Source: Elsinoe ampelina
Lineage: Eukaryota
Length of the DNA stretch: 64,000 nucleotides
NCBI GenBank assembly: GCA_010093995.1
Contig: ML992507.1
Coordinates: 1,175,868 to 1,239,867 of the forward strand
Direction: 5' to 3'
Below the pieces are notes generated by a model. It saw only the letters and a list, made by a program, of their open reading frames with translations, searched no databases and was not told the DNA's origin. A program made the translations under genes and the position numbers. This document shows, one piece after another, positions 12,301 to 25,124 of the stretch; the first letter of the stretch is position 1; each line of letters opens with the position of its first letter.

Positions 12301-14509
12301 CACCGGTTGTGCTGCATAGCGATCTGGAAGAGCTCATGCAGAATAGAACCATACACGGTGGGTTTGCTTGTGACACTAGTAGCCTTTACCCGGTCTTGCA
12401 GGACGGCCTTTCGTAGGCAATCGAAAGAATCCGCTACTGCTGTGGCAGAGACTAGGTGATCAGGATGGACAATGATCAGATTGGCAGCGTCATCGATGGT
12501 GATTTGACCTGTCTTGGAGAATTGACCAACGACATGGACGAACGCACCGGTTGTGCAGTGTGTGTCGAGCCACGATTGTCGCAGAGTGATGGCTTTGACC
12601 GACTTTTTGCGATCCTCTTCTACAAGTAGCACCTGCTTTTGTGAGTAAGTTGTTGCAGACGATATCCAGATCTTACCTTCTCCTCCTGCTCGTATCCACG
12701 ATGGTCGACGTATTTGCCAGTCACAACTTTCTGCACAAGGTAGCGTTGAATCTTTCGAGACTTTGTAGGAATGCCCTATATACTCTTAGCTATCTACACC
12801 CTTGGAATATTTGACTGACGTACAGATGCTTGTGATCCCACACTCGCTCGGTATGCCTGCGTCGCTGCTATCTCCGCGGCTGCGAAAGACTCTTCATCGG
12901 CATCCAATTCTCCGAATTCATCATCGTCATCATCATGGTCGTTACTGGTAAATTTCGGAGCTGGTCGATTCTTAATGGAAGGTCGCTCAGCTCTGCTCTG
13001 GTCATTGTGGCCATCATATTGGGGTCCGATGTTACTGCTTCGCTGTTTTTGGGTGGCAAGCTTTTCGATCTGCGTCAAAGCCGTTTCCAAATCTTCAGCA
13101 GTGATGTCGTCGTCTTCGCCGAATTCGTCGGATTCTTCGTCAATAGTCGGCAAATGTCCTGCATAGATGTTGTGGCTGTCCCCGCCATGGCTATTGTCGA
13201 TGGCTTCTGACTCTTCCTGATAGCCGGAGTCTTGACAGATGTCGACTTGGCCACCTTTGCTCTCTGATCTTAGTCCTGCAGGAGATGCTTCGTCCAAAGC
13301 AAATTCATCAAGATCGATATTATCGTCACCGTAATCCGAGGATTGGTCGGCTTCATCGGTCGTTGTAGGATTCGAAACTGCAGCAGGGGCTTGAACGTGA
13401 TCTCCATGGCTGGTACGAGCATTGCTTGACCTCGAAGCTGCTCGATTGACAGGCGATTCGGGTCCATTGGAATCGAAACTGCCTTTATCAGGTAATGGCG
13501 AAGAGCTAGAGGGGTCCTGAAGTCGCTTGGCTGGTTTCTCATGCGCCAGATTTGCCTGAACCCGATCCACCATAGCTCCTAGTCGAGATCCATTACTATG
13601 CTCTCGTGAAGGTAGTGCGTCCTCATGTGAGGACTGGTCTCTATCTCTAAAGACACCATTTGTTCTCCTTCTCTTACTCTTTGAAGCCGGCCATTCATTG
13701 CCGCAACTCGCCCATCGTCTGAGTCCTCCAATACTACCACCCGGCGTCCGAGGCAACGATTGGGGAGAAGAGTCCTGCAGAAGATGTGCCAGAGATGGGA
13801 GTCGCGCAACGGCGTGGTCTTCACTGTCATTCAAAGCATTGTATCGAGTCCACAAATCTGCTGCCGGGTCGGCTTTCGGCGTCTTCAGTGCTTGTTGAAT
13901 CTGATGCAGGTCGAGCGGAGCCCTTGGTCCAAAGTGTGAAGATGCCTCGTTCTGAGAAGATGTGGCAGGTGACGAGCTAGCCGCTCGCTTCCTTCGTTTG
14001 CCAGGCGTGAAGTCTGGATGCTGGCTGTTCGTAACCCAATTGAGTTCAGGAGAATCTTCCTTTTGTGGCAACTCTTTCACGATCTCTTCATTGTTACCGA
14101 GGAGATCCGCGAGCGGAAGCCTGACGGCTGGCGTAGATGGTGGTAGATAATATGCCGTGTCGTTCTTTGCGTCGACCTCTGCTGCGAAGGAGCAATTTTT
14201 CCGCATCGGCGACTGGCCGAGAAAGTGCTTGCTGTTCTCCTTTCCCTGGCTGCGCTGAGGACTAGCAATAGGAGCCATGTTCAACTTGTAGGCTCCCAGT
14301 TTCGACTTTGCCTCTTCCGAAGCAGCTATCGCTGATCGCCGTACCGGTACAGGATCTCGATAGGTTGCCCCTCTATCGTCGGCATGCTTACGGTAGGAGT
14401 GGAAGTTGCGTACAGACTAGTGACTAGTTGGACGTGTGTTATTGATGACTTCTGATCAACATACCTTCTTGCTCTTCTGATCGAAAAAGCTTTTCTGTTT
14501 AGTAGACAT
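9310..14509 (-). CDS. DNA2: DNA replication nuclease/helicase Dna2, 6 exons: 14509-14465, 14416-12824, 12775-12677, 12632-12135, 12084-11826, 11780-9310
   Basis: Nuclease motifs GLKGNIDAT and PFEVKTG; Fe-S cysteines (CLRK, CGRCYAKTSC); SF1 helicase motifs GMPGTGKT, DEASQ, GDHYQLPP, QYRM, DKFQGRDKE, NVAVTRAR. Five 44-50 nt GT-AG introns restore the frame. Confidence 0.95.
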
Positions 14510-14555
14510 AAGGTAGCGAATGTATGCTTCAATGTGTCGGGAAGTGGACAGTCTC

Positions 14556-14575
14556 ACGCGACGCGTTGAGACGCG
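14556..14575. promoter_or_regulatory. Cluster of MCB-like elements (ACGCG, ACGCGT, ACGCG) in the DNA2/ODC bidirectional promoter
   Basis: Sequence acgcg-acgcgt-tgag-acgcg lies 47-66 nt upstream of the DNA2 ATG. ACGCGT is the MBF site of fungal S-phase genes. Confidence 0.6.
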
Positions 14576-14776
14576 AGGTCATGTGGGTTTGCTCCATGCG
14601 GCTCTGCAGTCCGCTCGGACTCTCCCATCGGAAGCTCTCCCGACCTCACTGCTCAGCAACTCCGAGATTCGGCGTGCTTTGAATTGTATCGTTAGCGGCC
14701 TTTGACTCGACGGCATCAATCACTACGAGCATCCCACCAGCGACACCACGCCAATTGCACGCTCGCGACCGCAATC

Positions 14777-15866
14777 ATGTCGACCGATAAGCCACTTCCA
14801 TTCATATATCAGTTCGCCGCTGGTGCGGTAGCTGGTGTATCTGAGGTGGGTACTCTATCTCTGCACATATCGAGCCAATTTGACCTGTTTCTAGATTCTT
14901 GTCATGTACCCGCTGGATGTGGTCAAGACCCGAGTGTAAGTCATGACTATCATCAATGGCACAAGTACGTGCTGACACTGTGGCCAGTCAGCTGCAAACT
15001 GGCGCCGGGACTGGTGGCGATGCTTACAATGGCATGCTCGATTGCTTCCGCAAGATCATCAAGAACGAAGGGTAAGTCGTTTTATTTGTTCGCTTGTTAC
15101 TGCCGCCGTAAAGCATGGCATCGATCGTGCACATTCAGGACTTCATGCTCACACATCCAGCTTTGGTCGTCTCTACCGTGGCATTGAGGCTCCAATTCTC
15201 ATGGAAGCCCCAAAGCGTGCCACCAAGTTCGCTGCCAACGACGAGTGGGGCAAGGTGTACCGCAATCTTTTCAATGCCCCAAAGATGACTCAAGGACTCT
15301 CGATTCTTACTGGTGCGACAGCAGGTGCTACGGAGGCATTCGTGGTAGTTCCTTTCGAGCTTGTCAAGATCCGACTCCAAGACAAGGCTCAAGCGCACAA
15401 GTACACTGGCATGATTGACTGCGTACAAAAGATCATTCGCCACGAAGGACCTCTCACGCTGTACCAAGGATTAGAGTCAACTATCTGGCGCCACGTCCTC
15501 TGGAATGCAGGGTATTTCGGCTGTATCTTCCAAGTCCGAGCACTGTTGCCAAAGGCTTCAGACAAGAAAGGTCAGGTTCTGAACGACTTGACGAGTGGTG
15601 CAATTGGTGGCACAGTGGGTACGATTCTGAACACTCCTATGGATGTGGTCAAAAGCAGAATCCAGAACAGCCAGAAGGGTGCCGGAGCGAGAAAGTACAA
15701 CTGGGCGGTACCTGCTCTGGGAACTGTGTACAAAGAGGAAGGTTTCCGTGCTCTTTACAAGGGATTCCTACCAAAGGTATTGAGGTTGGGACCTGGAGGT
15801 GGTATCCTGCTTGTAGTATTCACGGGTGTGATGGACTTCTTCAGACAGATGAGGGGAGATGCATAG
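14777..15866 (+). CDS. ODC1: Mitochondrial 2-oxodicarboxylate carrier (SLC25), 4 exons: 14777-14845, 14895-14935, 14988-15071, 15161-15866
   Basis: Three carrier signatures PLDVVKTR, PFELVKIR, PMDVVKSR; N-terminus PLPFIYQFAAGAVAGVSE; EAPKRATKF; RLGPGGG. Three canonical introns. Confidence 0.93.
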
Positions 15867-16129
15867 AGCAGATTAGCACGCTAGGCAGAGATCCAATGAT
15901 AAATGTCGCCAAATCTGTTGGCATATATGCTCACGTGACAGTGTCTACCAGAAAACATTGCCCCTATTAGAGCCTCGCAGCGTCACAAGATTGCAACATT
16001 CGGAGTGGCACAGATCACGACCAGACAATCATATTTTTCCAAAAGGTGCAAGGGACAAATCCCACTAGTCGAGAAGAGACCAAATCATTTCCATACGCTG
16101 CGGGTCAATCGAATGTCTATCACCCGAGC

Positions 16130-17760
16130 CTAGGCCTCAGAGAGCTCATAGTCCCCTCTTCCCAGACGATTATATCCCTGTCCTCCGCCTCTTTTGTCGA
16201 AACATTTCGACCTGTGAAACAAGTGGCCCCTCTCCCTCCTCACGTACAAAGCATACAACACCGCCGCCCCCGCAGTACTACCAGCACTAATCAGCGCCGG
16301 TACCTTGAACTCCTCCGGTCTGGCCCAAATGATAGTCGTCGCAAACGCCAACATCTCGAACAAATTCTGAAACCCAGCCTCAATAGCCGAGAATCTCCCC
16401 CTGCCTTCCGCCTCCACCTCCTCCTGAATCAACACCTGCGCGGATAGATCAAACCCCCACAAACCCGCACGACTCAGCATCACAGCCGGCAAGAACAGCC
16501 ACAGCCCTCCAATGGCCAAGTCCTGCACCCACATCGTCGCAGTCGCAATGGCGAGGCAAAAGAGTTGCCAATTGAGCAGCCAGATTCCAGAGCGCACAGG
16601 ACCGATGCGGGACATGAGAAGGGGCGCGATGAAGGTGGCGGAGATCTCGAAGAGGGCGGATGTGGTGCGGAGGAGACCGATGGTGAGGGACGCCAGGGTG
16701 CGGGAGACGAGGTAGTTGATCATCTGGCCGCCGAAGGAGAGGACGGTGAGGTAGAGCAGGGCGAGGGACACGGAGGGGAGAAAGGCGCGGTGGGTGGTGT
16801 AGTAGTGGAGATCGGAAGTTGTGGATGATAAGGCGGTCGAGAGCCATGAGGAGAGGTGAGAGAGGAGCTTCGACGATGAGGGAGACCCGCTGGAGCCAGT
16901 AGTCGAAGGCGGAAGCCGTTGAAGCGCAGGGCAAGCTCTGTGCACTCGAGCGATTAGGAGGTACTCTGTTGGCACGGAAAGGAGGGCTATGGCGAAAGTC
17001 GCGAGGTACCCTATCTTGGGGGACCAGCCGTGGATGAAAGCGATCAGTAAAGGTGCTACGAGTTTGCAGGTGAGATCGATCCGACGCATTGTCGAGTTCA
17101 TCGCTACTTTGTCAAAACTTCATTCGACTTCATCTGGGAAATGCCTACCTCGAAGGTCTTCAGTGGAGCCTGCAGCGACCACAACGACCCAATCTCGCTC
17201 TATGGCGATCGTGTTCATGGTGGCACTGAGCTTCTCCACGCACGCTAATAGGGATAGAATGGCCAACAGAAGCCATGGCGTCAAGCCAGCTGGGCCGCGC
17301 AACCGGTCGAGGAGATAGATGAGACCGCAGGAAACTATGACCGAGACTCTCTGGCCAACTGATCCGAGCTGTCAAAGAGAGCAAAAGAACGAGACGAAGG
17401 ACACCTACCTATTGAAATCCGAACCACTGAGATTCTGCTCTTCGTGTCCACTATCTTACCGAGCCAAGTGGAAAGCAGTACTGCCGCCAAGGATCGAGCC
17501 AGGGCATAGACCGAAGCAGGAAGCAGAGTATTAGGATAGATAGTGGAAAGAAAGAGGACCGCCCCGAATTCAAACATCCTCGAATTCCATGCTGCGAGAC
17601 TGTGAGAGACGTATAGTTTGCGCTTCGTACTGGTCATGGATGTGATCGAGCTCTCGACAGCTGGCAGGGAATGGCGATTCGATCCGATGAAAGACGCAGC
17701 GTCGTCATGATCAATGACATCCTCTTCCTCCATGCTTCGGTTGTGATTCATCTCAACCAT
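16130..17760 (-). CDS. Ferroportin (SLC40/IREG)-family metal exporter, 3 exons: 17760-17409, 17358-17149, 17103-16130
   Basis: Motifs LYVSHSLAAWNSRMFEFG, NTIAIERDWVVV, MNSTMRRIDLTCKLVAP, LYLTVLSFGGQM, SRAGLWGFDL, QEEVE; many hydrophobic helices; introns of 50 and 45 nt. Confidence 0.9.
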
Positions 17761-18084
17761 TTCTTAGAGGACGCTCTCGCATCGCACTCTGAATGATGAC
17801 GAGCGAACAGAAGAGGGACAAGCATGGTGGAGAAACAAGGTTTTGCTACCGCGACGGATTTCGGGCCGAAAATCCTGCGGCCGACTTTACTCTACTCCTC
17901 CATCGCGTCTCTTCATGAGCATGTGAAGTTCACCTGCGCCGCTGGTCCTCCTATTGTTGGGAAATTCCTTATTGATCTTGGAATAGCTATTTGAGATCCC
18001 TGACCTCCTCAGGATGATACGCGACCTCGACCAGAACTCACAACCGCTATAGCGCTTCGTAGCTCATCGCGGAGCAATTCTAAC

Positions 18085-21000
18085 ATGCCTCGCAAACGTA
18101 CCCGCGAAGACGCCGATCTGGATCTCAGCCTATTCGAAGAAGAGAAGCAGGTCGATACCGAACTTTTGAAGCGCCTTCGAAGCACATGGCAGTTCGCAAA
18201 TTTCTACCAATATGTCTACATATTCGGTGAAGCTGTCAAGCTTCCTGACTTTGACATCGATGTATGCCAAGTCATGCTACACCACGCGAGCAACGCCTGA
18301 CATTGCTATAGGATTTTGAGGAGTGGTGTTCAGATCCAAGCAAACATGAGAAGCTGGCAGAGCTCGGGTTGATCCTGCTCAAATACGTCTCATCCCATCG
18401 TGGGCTCAAGTATGTCATCTGTAATATGCTACTTGGACACAATACTGATTACCTTGGTAGCGCTCAGCTCTTTGACGAGTACACCCGTCGCCAGTTCGTC
18501 GCGAAAGCACCCCAGCGTAATCCATTCGGAGAGGAAGACGAGCCGAAGAAGTTTGCAGATTTCGATGTCTTCACAAAGATCAAGGTTCTCCAACAATTGT
18601 CGGTATGGACGCTGGGAAACGCCGACCGGATACGAGGCCTGATGGGCGAGATTGATAATGATCAGCTCCTATGGGTATAGCAGCCTCCCCAGTCATAGAT
18701 TAATGGCGTCTGACATCACGTAGCGCATCGAGCCCTTCGGCTACGATTCAGAAGATCGAGATTACTTCGTCCTTGACGATTCGAGACTCTATCGCCGGAC
18801 CAACGTACCGATCCCACCGACACCAACGAAGCCCAAAGCGAAGCCCAAACCAAAAGCCAAAGCCAAATCGAAAGCAAAACCTCGTACCAAGCCGACCCGC
18901 TCAAGTAAGCGCATCAAGCTCTCGACCCCTGAGGCCGAGAGCGAAGCAGAGGAAGATGAAGAGATGATCGACGACACCGAGCTGAATGGCGAGGACAAGA
19001 TCGATTCTGCAATGAATGAGCCCGAAGAAGACGATGGTCTTGGTGGTATGAAATGGCAATGCATCGCGATCACCATGGACGAATATCAGGACTTCCTGGA
19101 GTCAATACGACGGAGCCGCGATCCTAACGAGAAGGCTCTCCATAAGCGTATTGTCGACACCGTCATGCCCGAATTAGAGAAGAAAGAGGAAGCACGACAG
19201 AGGAAAATACTCAAACAACTTCGTGAGCGCGAAAATGAGCAAAAGATGGCTACGGCCAAACGATCCACTCGTATCGCGGGACGCAAGGAGAAAGAGCGCG
19301 AGGAAGAGGAAGCCAGACTTGCAGAGGAGAAGAAACGTCAAGATCTCGCCATGGCGCACAAAGCTCAGGCCAAGCAGCAGAAGCTCGAAGAGGTTTGCTC
19401 TACTGACCACTAAAGAGCCATATATACTGACCTTGACCAGGCACGAGAATCCCGTATGCAGACACGCGAACAACGCCTTAAAGAGCGCGAGGTAAAGCGC
19501 ATCCTCCACGAAGAAGAGCTTGCTAAGCTGGAAGAGCGTAAGGCCAGAGGTGAAGACGATGAAGAAGCTCGTCACTCGTCCCGCAATTTGCTGATTGAAA
19601 TGGAGAGAAGACAAAAGGAGCTGGAGGAACTGAAAGAAGAGGAAGATAAGTGGATCTTCGACTGTGCTGGATGCGGGCTTTACGGCGAGAACATCGACGA
19701 CGGCACTCACAGTATAGCTTGTGAACGCTGCAATATCTGGCAGCATTCGAAATGCAACGGCATTGAAGAGTCTGACGCCGAGCGTGAGGACTTTCACTTC
19801 ATCTGCTCCGACTGCAAGAGGAAAGAGGAGGATGCAAAGAAGCCAAAGATACCTCCTCTCAAGCTTGGTCGTGTCGGAGCATCCTCTTCGCCGCAGACAG
19901 ACAAATCGGAAAGTCGTCCTGTAAGCAGCGGCGTCAATGGAGCACTGTCGCCGCAGATCGGCCGTATAGTAGAAGGCGTCTCCATCATCCGACCTTCACA
20001 AAGCAAAGCACACAGTCCGCAGACCGCGCGCATGGGCAACCTGCAAAATGGACCATCCTTGTCGCCACATGGTCAGCATCCAGGGCCACCGGGATATCAT
20101 CCTCATGGACCGCCAGCAGTTGGAGTTCCTCAGGCCGCCTGGAATGGGACTGCGTTAGGTCCGCCACAAGTGCAAGCGGCTCCCAATAACTACCATTCGC
20201 ATAATGGAGCACCACCACTACCAGGCTCGCACCACCAGATCCACCAACAAGCGCATGCCAGTGCTCTGGCAAATGCTGGCCTACACCAGAACTCTCCTGG
20301 CAACCAAAGCAACGGATATACCATGCCTCAGCAGCCTGTGTTCCCGCCACAGCAACAACAATATCGACAGCCACTGCCCCAGAGTTCTTACATGAACTCT
20401 TTTAGCACTCAGCGACCTTCGAGTAGTGCCTCGAACGGCGCTACACCTTCGCCGGTTAAGAAGCGAGCAACGCCATCTCCATCTGCGCCACGACACGTTG
20501 ATCGTAACAGTCCCTTCTCGGCTTCGCGACCATCAGGGCAATCGCCATATCATCAGCTATCGCCACCACCCAACAGTGTACACCAGCAGCGAATGGCAGG
20601 TCAGTCGCCGGTGAAACAGCCATCGCCCTCTCCGCCGCCTCCATACCGATACCAAGCACCTCTGCAGTCATCACCATCCATGCCGCCGCCATTGAACGCA
20701 CTGCAGTCATCACCCTCCTTGCCCCCACCAGCAGCTACGCCTTCTGCTCAAGTCACACAGCCGGCTGCCTCTCCAGCCGCATCCTTGCTCCGCGCTACAC
20801 CACAGGCGGCCAGCAGCCCCATACCGCCAGTCGGAGACGGACCTGTGATACCTCAGAAGCACGATGCGGTACGTCCGCCGTCACGAGATCACGTCAGCGA
20901 AACGCCAGTGTTCCCTCCAGCCACGGCGCTGAGTCCTAGCAGGACGCGAGACGGGAAGGGCATGGGTACACAGGCAGGAGAGGGTGGACTTGGTACAGGT

Positions 21001-21135
21001 ACGGTACCTGTCAAGAAGGTCCCTGATAGCCCTATACTGGCCACCGCGCAACCAGCAGCTTCAGTGGTATCTGCTTCGCCCGTTGCTCCGAGAGAGGAAA
21101 ACGGACATCATGATGGGCAAAATGGACATGCTTAA
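18085..21135 (+). CDS. WHIM/WSD- and PHD-finger chromatin protein (RSF1/ISWI-accessory-like), 5 exons: 18085-18261, 18312-18409, 18461-18674, 18724-19392, 19441-21135
   Basis: Spliced protein has KIKVLQQLSVW, WRIEPFGYDSEDRDYFVLDDSRLYR, KWQCIAITMDEY, a coiled coil, the PHD finger CAGC...CERCNIWQHSKC...FICSDC and a long P/Q/S-rich tail. Four 48-51 nt introns. Confidence 0.8.
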
Positions 21136-21459
21136 TGGGCACTGATGTACGAGGGAAAGTTGGACTTGCAGGTCACCCAACTAGGATAGATGCAACATGG
21201 ATGAATGAAGATGATTATGAAAAGCTCGGGATTATGACTTTGTGACCGATGCAACATATTTGACTTGTGCATAGACTTGGTGGCCAATTTGATGGGCAAA
21301 GGGTGGGAGCCATGAGAATGAGAGGACATGCTGTGACGTCACGCCTTGACTGCACCTATCATCGGTCTTTGGTCCATTTATATAGTATCTCTCTCTACTC
21401 CTTCTTGCCATATTCCCCTCTACTTCAAATCGATAACACACATAACCAAGTAATCCAAC

Positions 21460-21893
21460 ATGTCCTCCAACGAACAGCAACCAGGTCTCATCGGCGGCCA
21501 CGCCCTCTACGTCAAAGGAGCAGCAGAGGTACGTCCTCCCATCCCTCTCCTCCTCTCTCCCGTCCTTACCATCCCTATCCCTCCCCCCCTATCTCCCTCT
21601 TCCCCCATCCTCTTCCCCCATCCTCTTCCCCCATCCTCCCCCTTCCCTCCACACCCTCCCCCCTTCTCACCCATGCTAACATCCCCAAGGAAGCAATAGG
21701 CAAAACCACCTCGTCCCCAGCGTGGACCGAGTCAGGCGCAACCGACAAGCAACAAGGGGTGGAGGCCATGAAGGCCGCGAGCGCGCAGAGGGATAGCCAG
21801 CAGCAAGGGTATGGGAAGGTGGAGGAGGTGGCGGGGAAGGTGGCGGGGTGTGAGGGGATGGTGGAGGAGGGGAGGGAGAGTAAGGCTTCCTGA
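21460..21893 (+). CDS. Small hydrophilic CsbD-like/stress-type protein (~90 aa), 2 exons: 21460-21528, 21690-21893
   Basis: MSSNEQQPGLIGGHALYVKGAAE|EAIGKTTSSPAWTESG...GKVEEVAGKVAGCEGMVEEG. The 161-nt pyrimidine-rich intron has GTACGT, GCTAAC and an AAG acceptor; a TATA-like tttatata lies near 21377. Confidence 0.75.
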
Positions 21894-22164
21894 ACGCGAA
21901 AACGGTCCATGGAGGGGAGGTTGGGAGTATACCAGAGACGATAGCGGGGAGGAAGTAGTGGGGAAGAGGAAAGGATGGGGATCAGGCAGTGAGGAGGAGA
22001 TGGATAGATGGTGTCAAGTGTATGTGATATGCCGCATGGGAGGAGGAGTTCAGGGTCATGGGATTTTGGCAGGGAGGATCTACAACAGCCATAGCTCAGA
22101 CATCGACAGAATCTAAACACTAGTGTCCTCGCTTTCTCCCCTTCCTAGCGATACGTCACCAGTC

Positions 22165-25124
22165 TCAAGCCTCAACCATCCAATACCCCAAACAAACACA
22201 ATTCCTCTGCGCATGCTGCAACCAAGCCGGCAGTCCCTGCCTCTCCGTCCCCACCCAGACATCCTCCATCAGACTCCCACACCGCTTACAAACCCTCACC
22301 CTCGTCCCCTCAGCCACCTGCGTCTTCCGCACCACGTCCATCCTCCCCTGCGCCTTCCTCGCGACCCCAACTCCATCCCTGATCCCCAACCCGCTCGTGT
22401 CCCACCCCCACAGTGCCCCCCGGTCGATACTCTCCACCACCTTGCCCGCGATCTTGGGGCTGAAGACGTGCTCCACGACCACCTGCAGCGGCTCGGGCAC
22501 CTCTCCTTCGACGAGCATGCGGAGTTCGCTGTCCACCCGTCCGGACGGGGGGAGTTTGGCGCTGTTGTAGGCCTGGCGGACGCCCGAGTCGACTTCGGCG
22601 AGGACGCTCTCGAGGTGAGGGAGTTTGACGGGGAGGGTGCGCGAGTAGGTCATGAGTTCTTGGATGGCGACGCGTTGGTGGATGCTGGTCGGGGTGCATT
22701 GGGCCATTTTTGGGAAGTACATTTTGAGGAGCTCGAGGGTCATGCGGAGGAGGGCGCGAGGGGTGGAGGAGAGGAGGAGGAGGATGGTTGGGGAGCCGGT
22801 GCGGGCGAGGACTCGGGTGAGAGTGGAGTAGGGGATGGGGTTCGAGGAGTGTTTGGTTGTTTCGGCGAGGTCGTCGAGGATGTGTACGCAGAGGTCGATG
22901 CACCATTTCACCGAGGGGCCGAGGGCGATGACTGCGTCAGCTTTGGAAGGGTCTTTCGGGGTGACGGTCGCGGCGATACTGCTGGCTATAAGGCGTAGGT
23001 TGAGAGATATCCACACAACTTTGCCAGGGAGGTCCAAGGCGTGGTCTTGGGTGTAGGAGGCGAAGAGGTGAGTGGAGAGGGTCTTGGCGAGTACAGAGTC
23101 GCGCAAGATGCGGCCGGACATTTTACGATTTTCCTCGAGAGTGAAGTCGAAGGGCCGTTGAAGCATGCGGTAGATCTGTTTGATCAGAAAGTGACGATGT
23201 GCTTTGGGTAACGACGGCGGCAGTAATGCAAAGGGCTCATCTGCGGAGATGACCAGCCCGGCCAAGGTAGCGACGCTGCGTGCGATGGTGCACAACGCAG
23301 CTTGAGTACGATCTGTGGATGTTAGTCGGGTCAATTGCATGTTAGAGTGGACTGACAGTCTGGCGTATCGCTATTGTCCCATCCTGGCAGATATTCCATG
23401 ATCTTCAGGATGACCCGACCGTCATTGGTGAGGGCGGCAGCTACAGAGGCGTCCGGAGTCAGTGCCACATCGCAGTCTGGTAATGTCAGCAAGTACCAGG
23501 AAGTTGATCCTTCCTACTAACATTTCTCCGTCGGCATGAACGCAAAACCGGTCTGGGCATAGCTGCTGGCTTTCGTGTCGTCGTTATCTGGGTTCAACAC
23601 CTGCAGATCTGTCCGGCTGTGAAAGTCGATGGATCCGTCAGACGTCGCCAGTGCGATATATGGTTCGGAAAGCACAGTAGCTGTATGCAGAATGATCTTT
23701 GGCATGCATACATCAGGTAATCGTTTGATGACAGTTACGGCCTGCGAGAGGTCAGCGACTAATTCTACAATGGTACACAATTCGAGCCTACCTCTGGAGC
23801 GAGCTTAGCGTTTCCAGACTTGAAGGTCTTGAAAACGTCGAGTAGCTCCGGTTCCTCGGTCGTGATGTCCCAGCGCAAGAGAGCGCTACAACTGGTGGAG
23901 GGATTTTGTGGATTATATGGATCGCCGGCATAAGAGAAGGTCGCTTGGATTTGAGAATGCCGTGAGTCCATCAGAGGAGATGGTGGAAGAATGGAAAGAT
24001 TGGTCAGGCGACTTCTGTATAGAGCTTGCTGAATATCAAGCCCGGTGGCGGGAGTCGGTTGGGTGATGATAGTCTCAAGGCCACACAGATAGTCCACTCG
24101 TAGCTGAGCTTGTACTATTTGAAAAGGAGGTCTGGTTGGGTCCTTGCTCTGGCTTGAAGACCAATCTATGGTAACCTTATAGAGACTGAGGCTGCCACGT
24201 GAAGAGTAAGTGACGAGATGAAGATACTCTGCCGTCTGTCAGTCGATCTGTCCATTGATAATCTCTCTGAGTCAGAGCGACTTACTGTTCTCGTCTGAAA
24301 AGGCAGCATGCGTCAGTATTTCCTCAGTGCCACCTGATTCCCACAATGAAGCCGTAGCTTCCGACCAGGGACCAAAGTCTTGCTGGTAGTACAGCTTCAG
24401 GATGTGAGACTCTGTCAACATCAGGAAAGCGGATTTGCCATCAATCAGGTGATGTGGCCAGTCGATGTTGGTCGCACCCATCTTGTTGGACCACTCATCG
24501 CCTTGTCTGGTACCAATACTGTGGTGAGGAGGCTGCTAATGTCAGACTAACTCTGGTCAAGGTCTCAAAGCCGTCACTTACCCGAAACTGTATTGTGTGA
24601 ACTGGTAACCAGTGTAGACCAACCACGGTATTCAGATCGTCCATCGGCGCTGGGAGGGAGAGAGTATGGGGTTGTACTCGGTCTAATGCAAAAGCTAGTT
24701 GGTATAGATGTGGGCGTCCATACTGGTCTAGAGCGACAAGGTCGAGACCAACACTGCTCCATTGGACATGAACGAATAGCACATCATCCTGAGCCGTAAT
24801 GGGTGCAGGAGAGTCATTGGTAAAAGCCCACTCCAGTGTCCCTGGATCTCGCACTACGAGTCTGAAGTTGATGGTGCGGCCGTCCGCCGAGATGTACGCC
24901 AGGGTAGCGTTCTTGGACCATGTCAAACGTCTGCGCACGTGATCAGCCTTGGTGGTCACCTTGCTCGCCCATCGTACTCACTGACAGCATCCACTTCTTT
25001 GCAGCTGATCAAGACGCTGTAGTACCGCTGGGTTTTCAGGATCCTGGACCTGGAGGGCGGCAAGACCATCGTTCACGGCATCCTCGCCAAACAGGTCCAG
25101 CATAGCATCATCCATGTAGGGCAT
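22165..25124 (-). CDS. MED16: Mediator subunit 16 (Sin4), 7 exons: 25124-24982, 24930-24582, ~24535-24286, 24228-23792, 23741-23522, 23476-23357, 23312-22165
   Basis: N-terminal MPYMDDAMLDLFGED...QRLDQLQRSGCCQ|RLTWSK, WD-like segments (VHVQWS, VVGLHWL, LTHAAF), C-terminal MDVVRK...RVCKRCGSLMED...CVCLGYW. Six canonical introns restore one frame. Confidence 0.88.
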
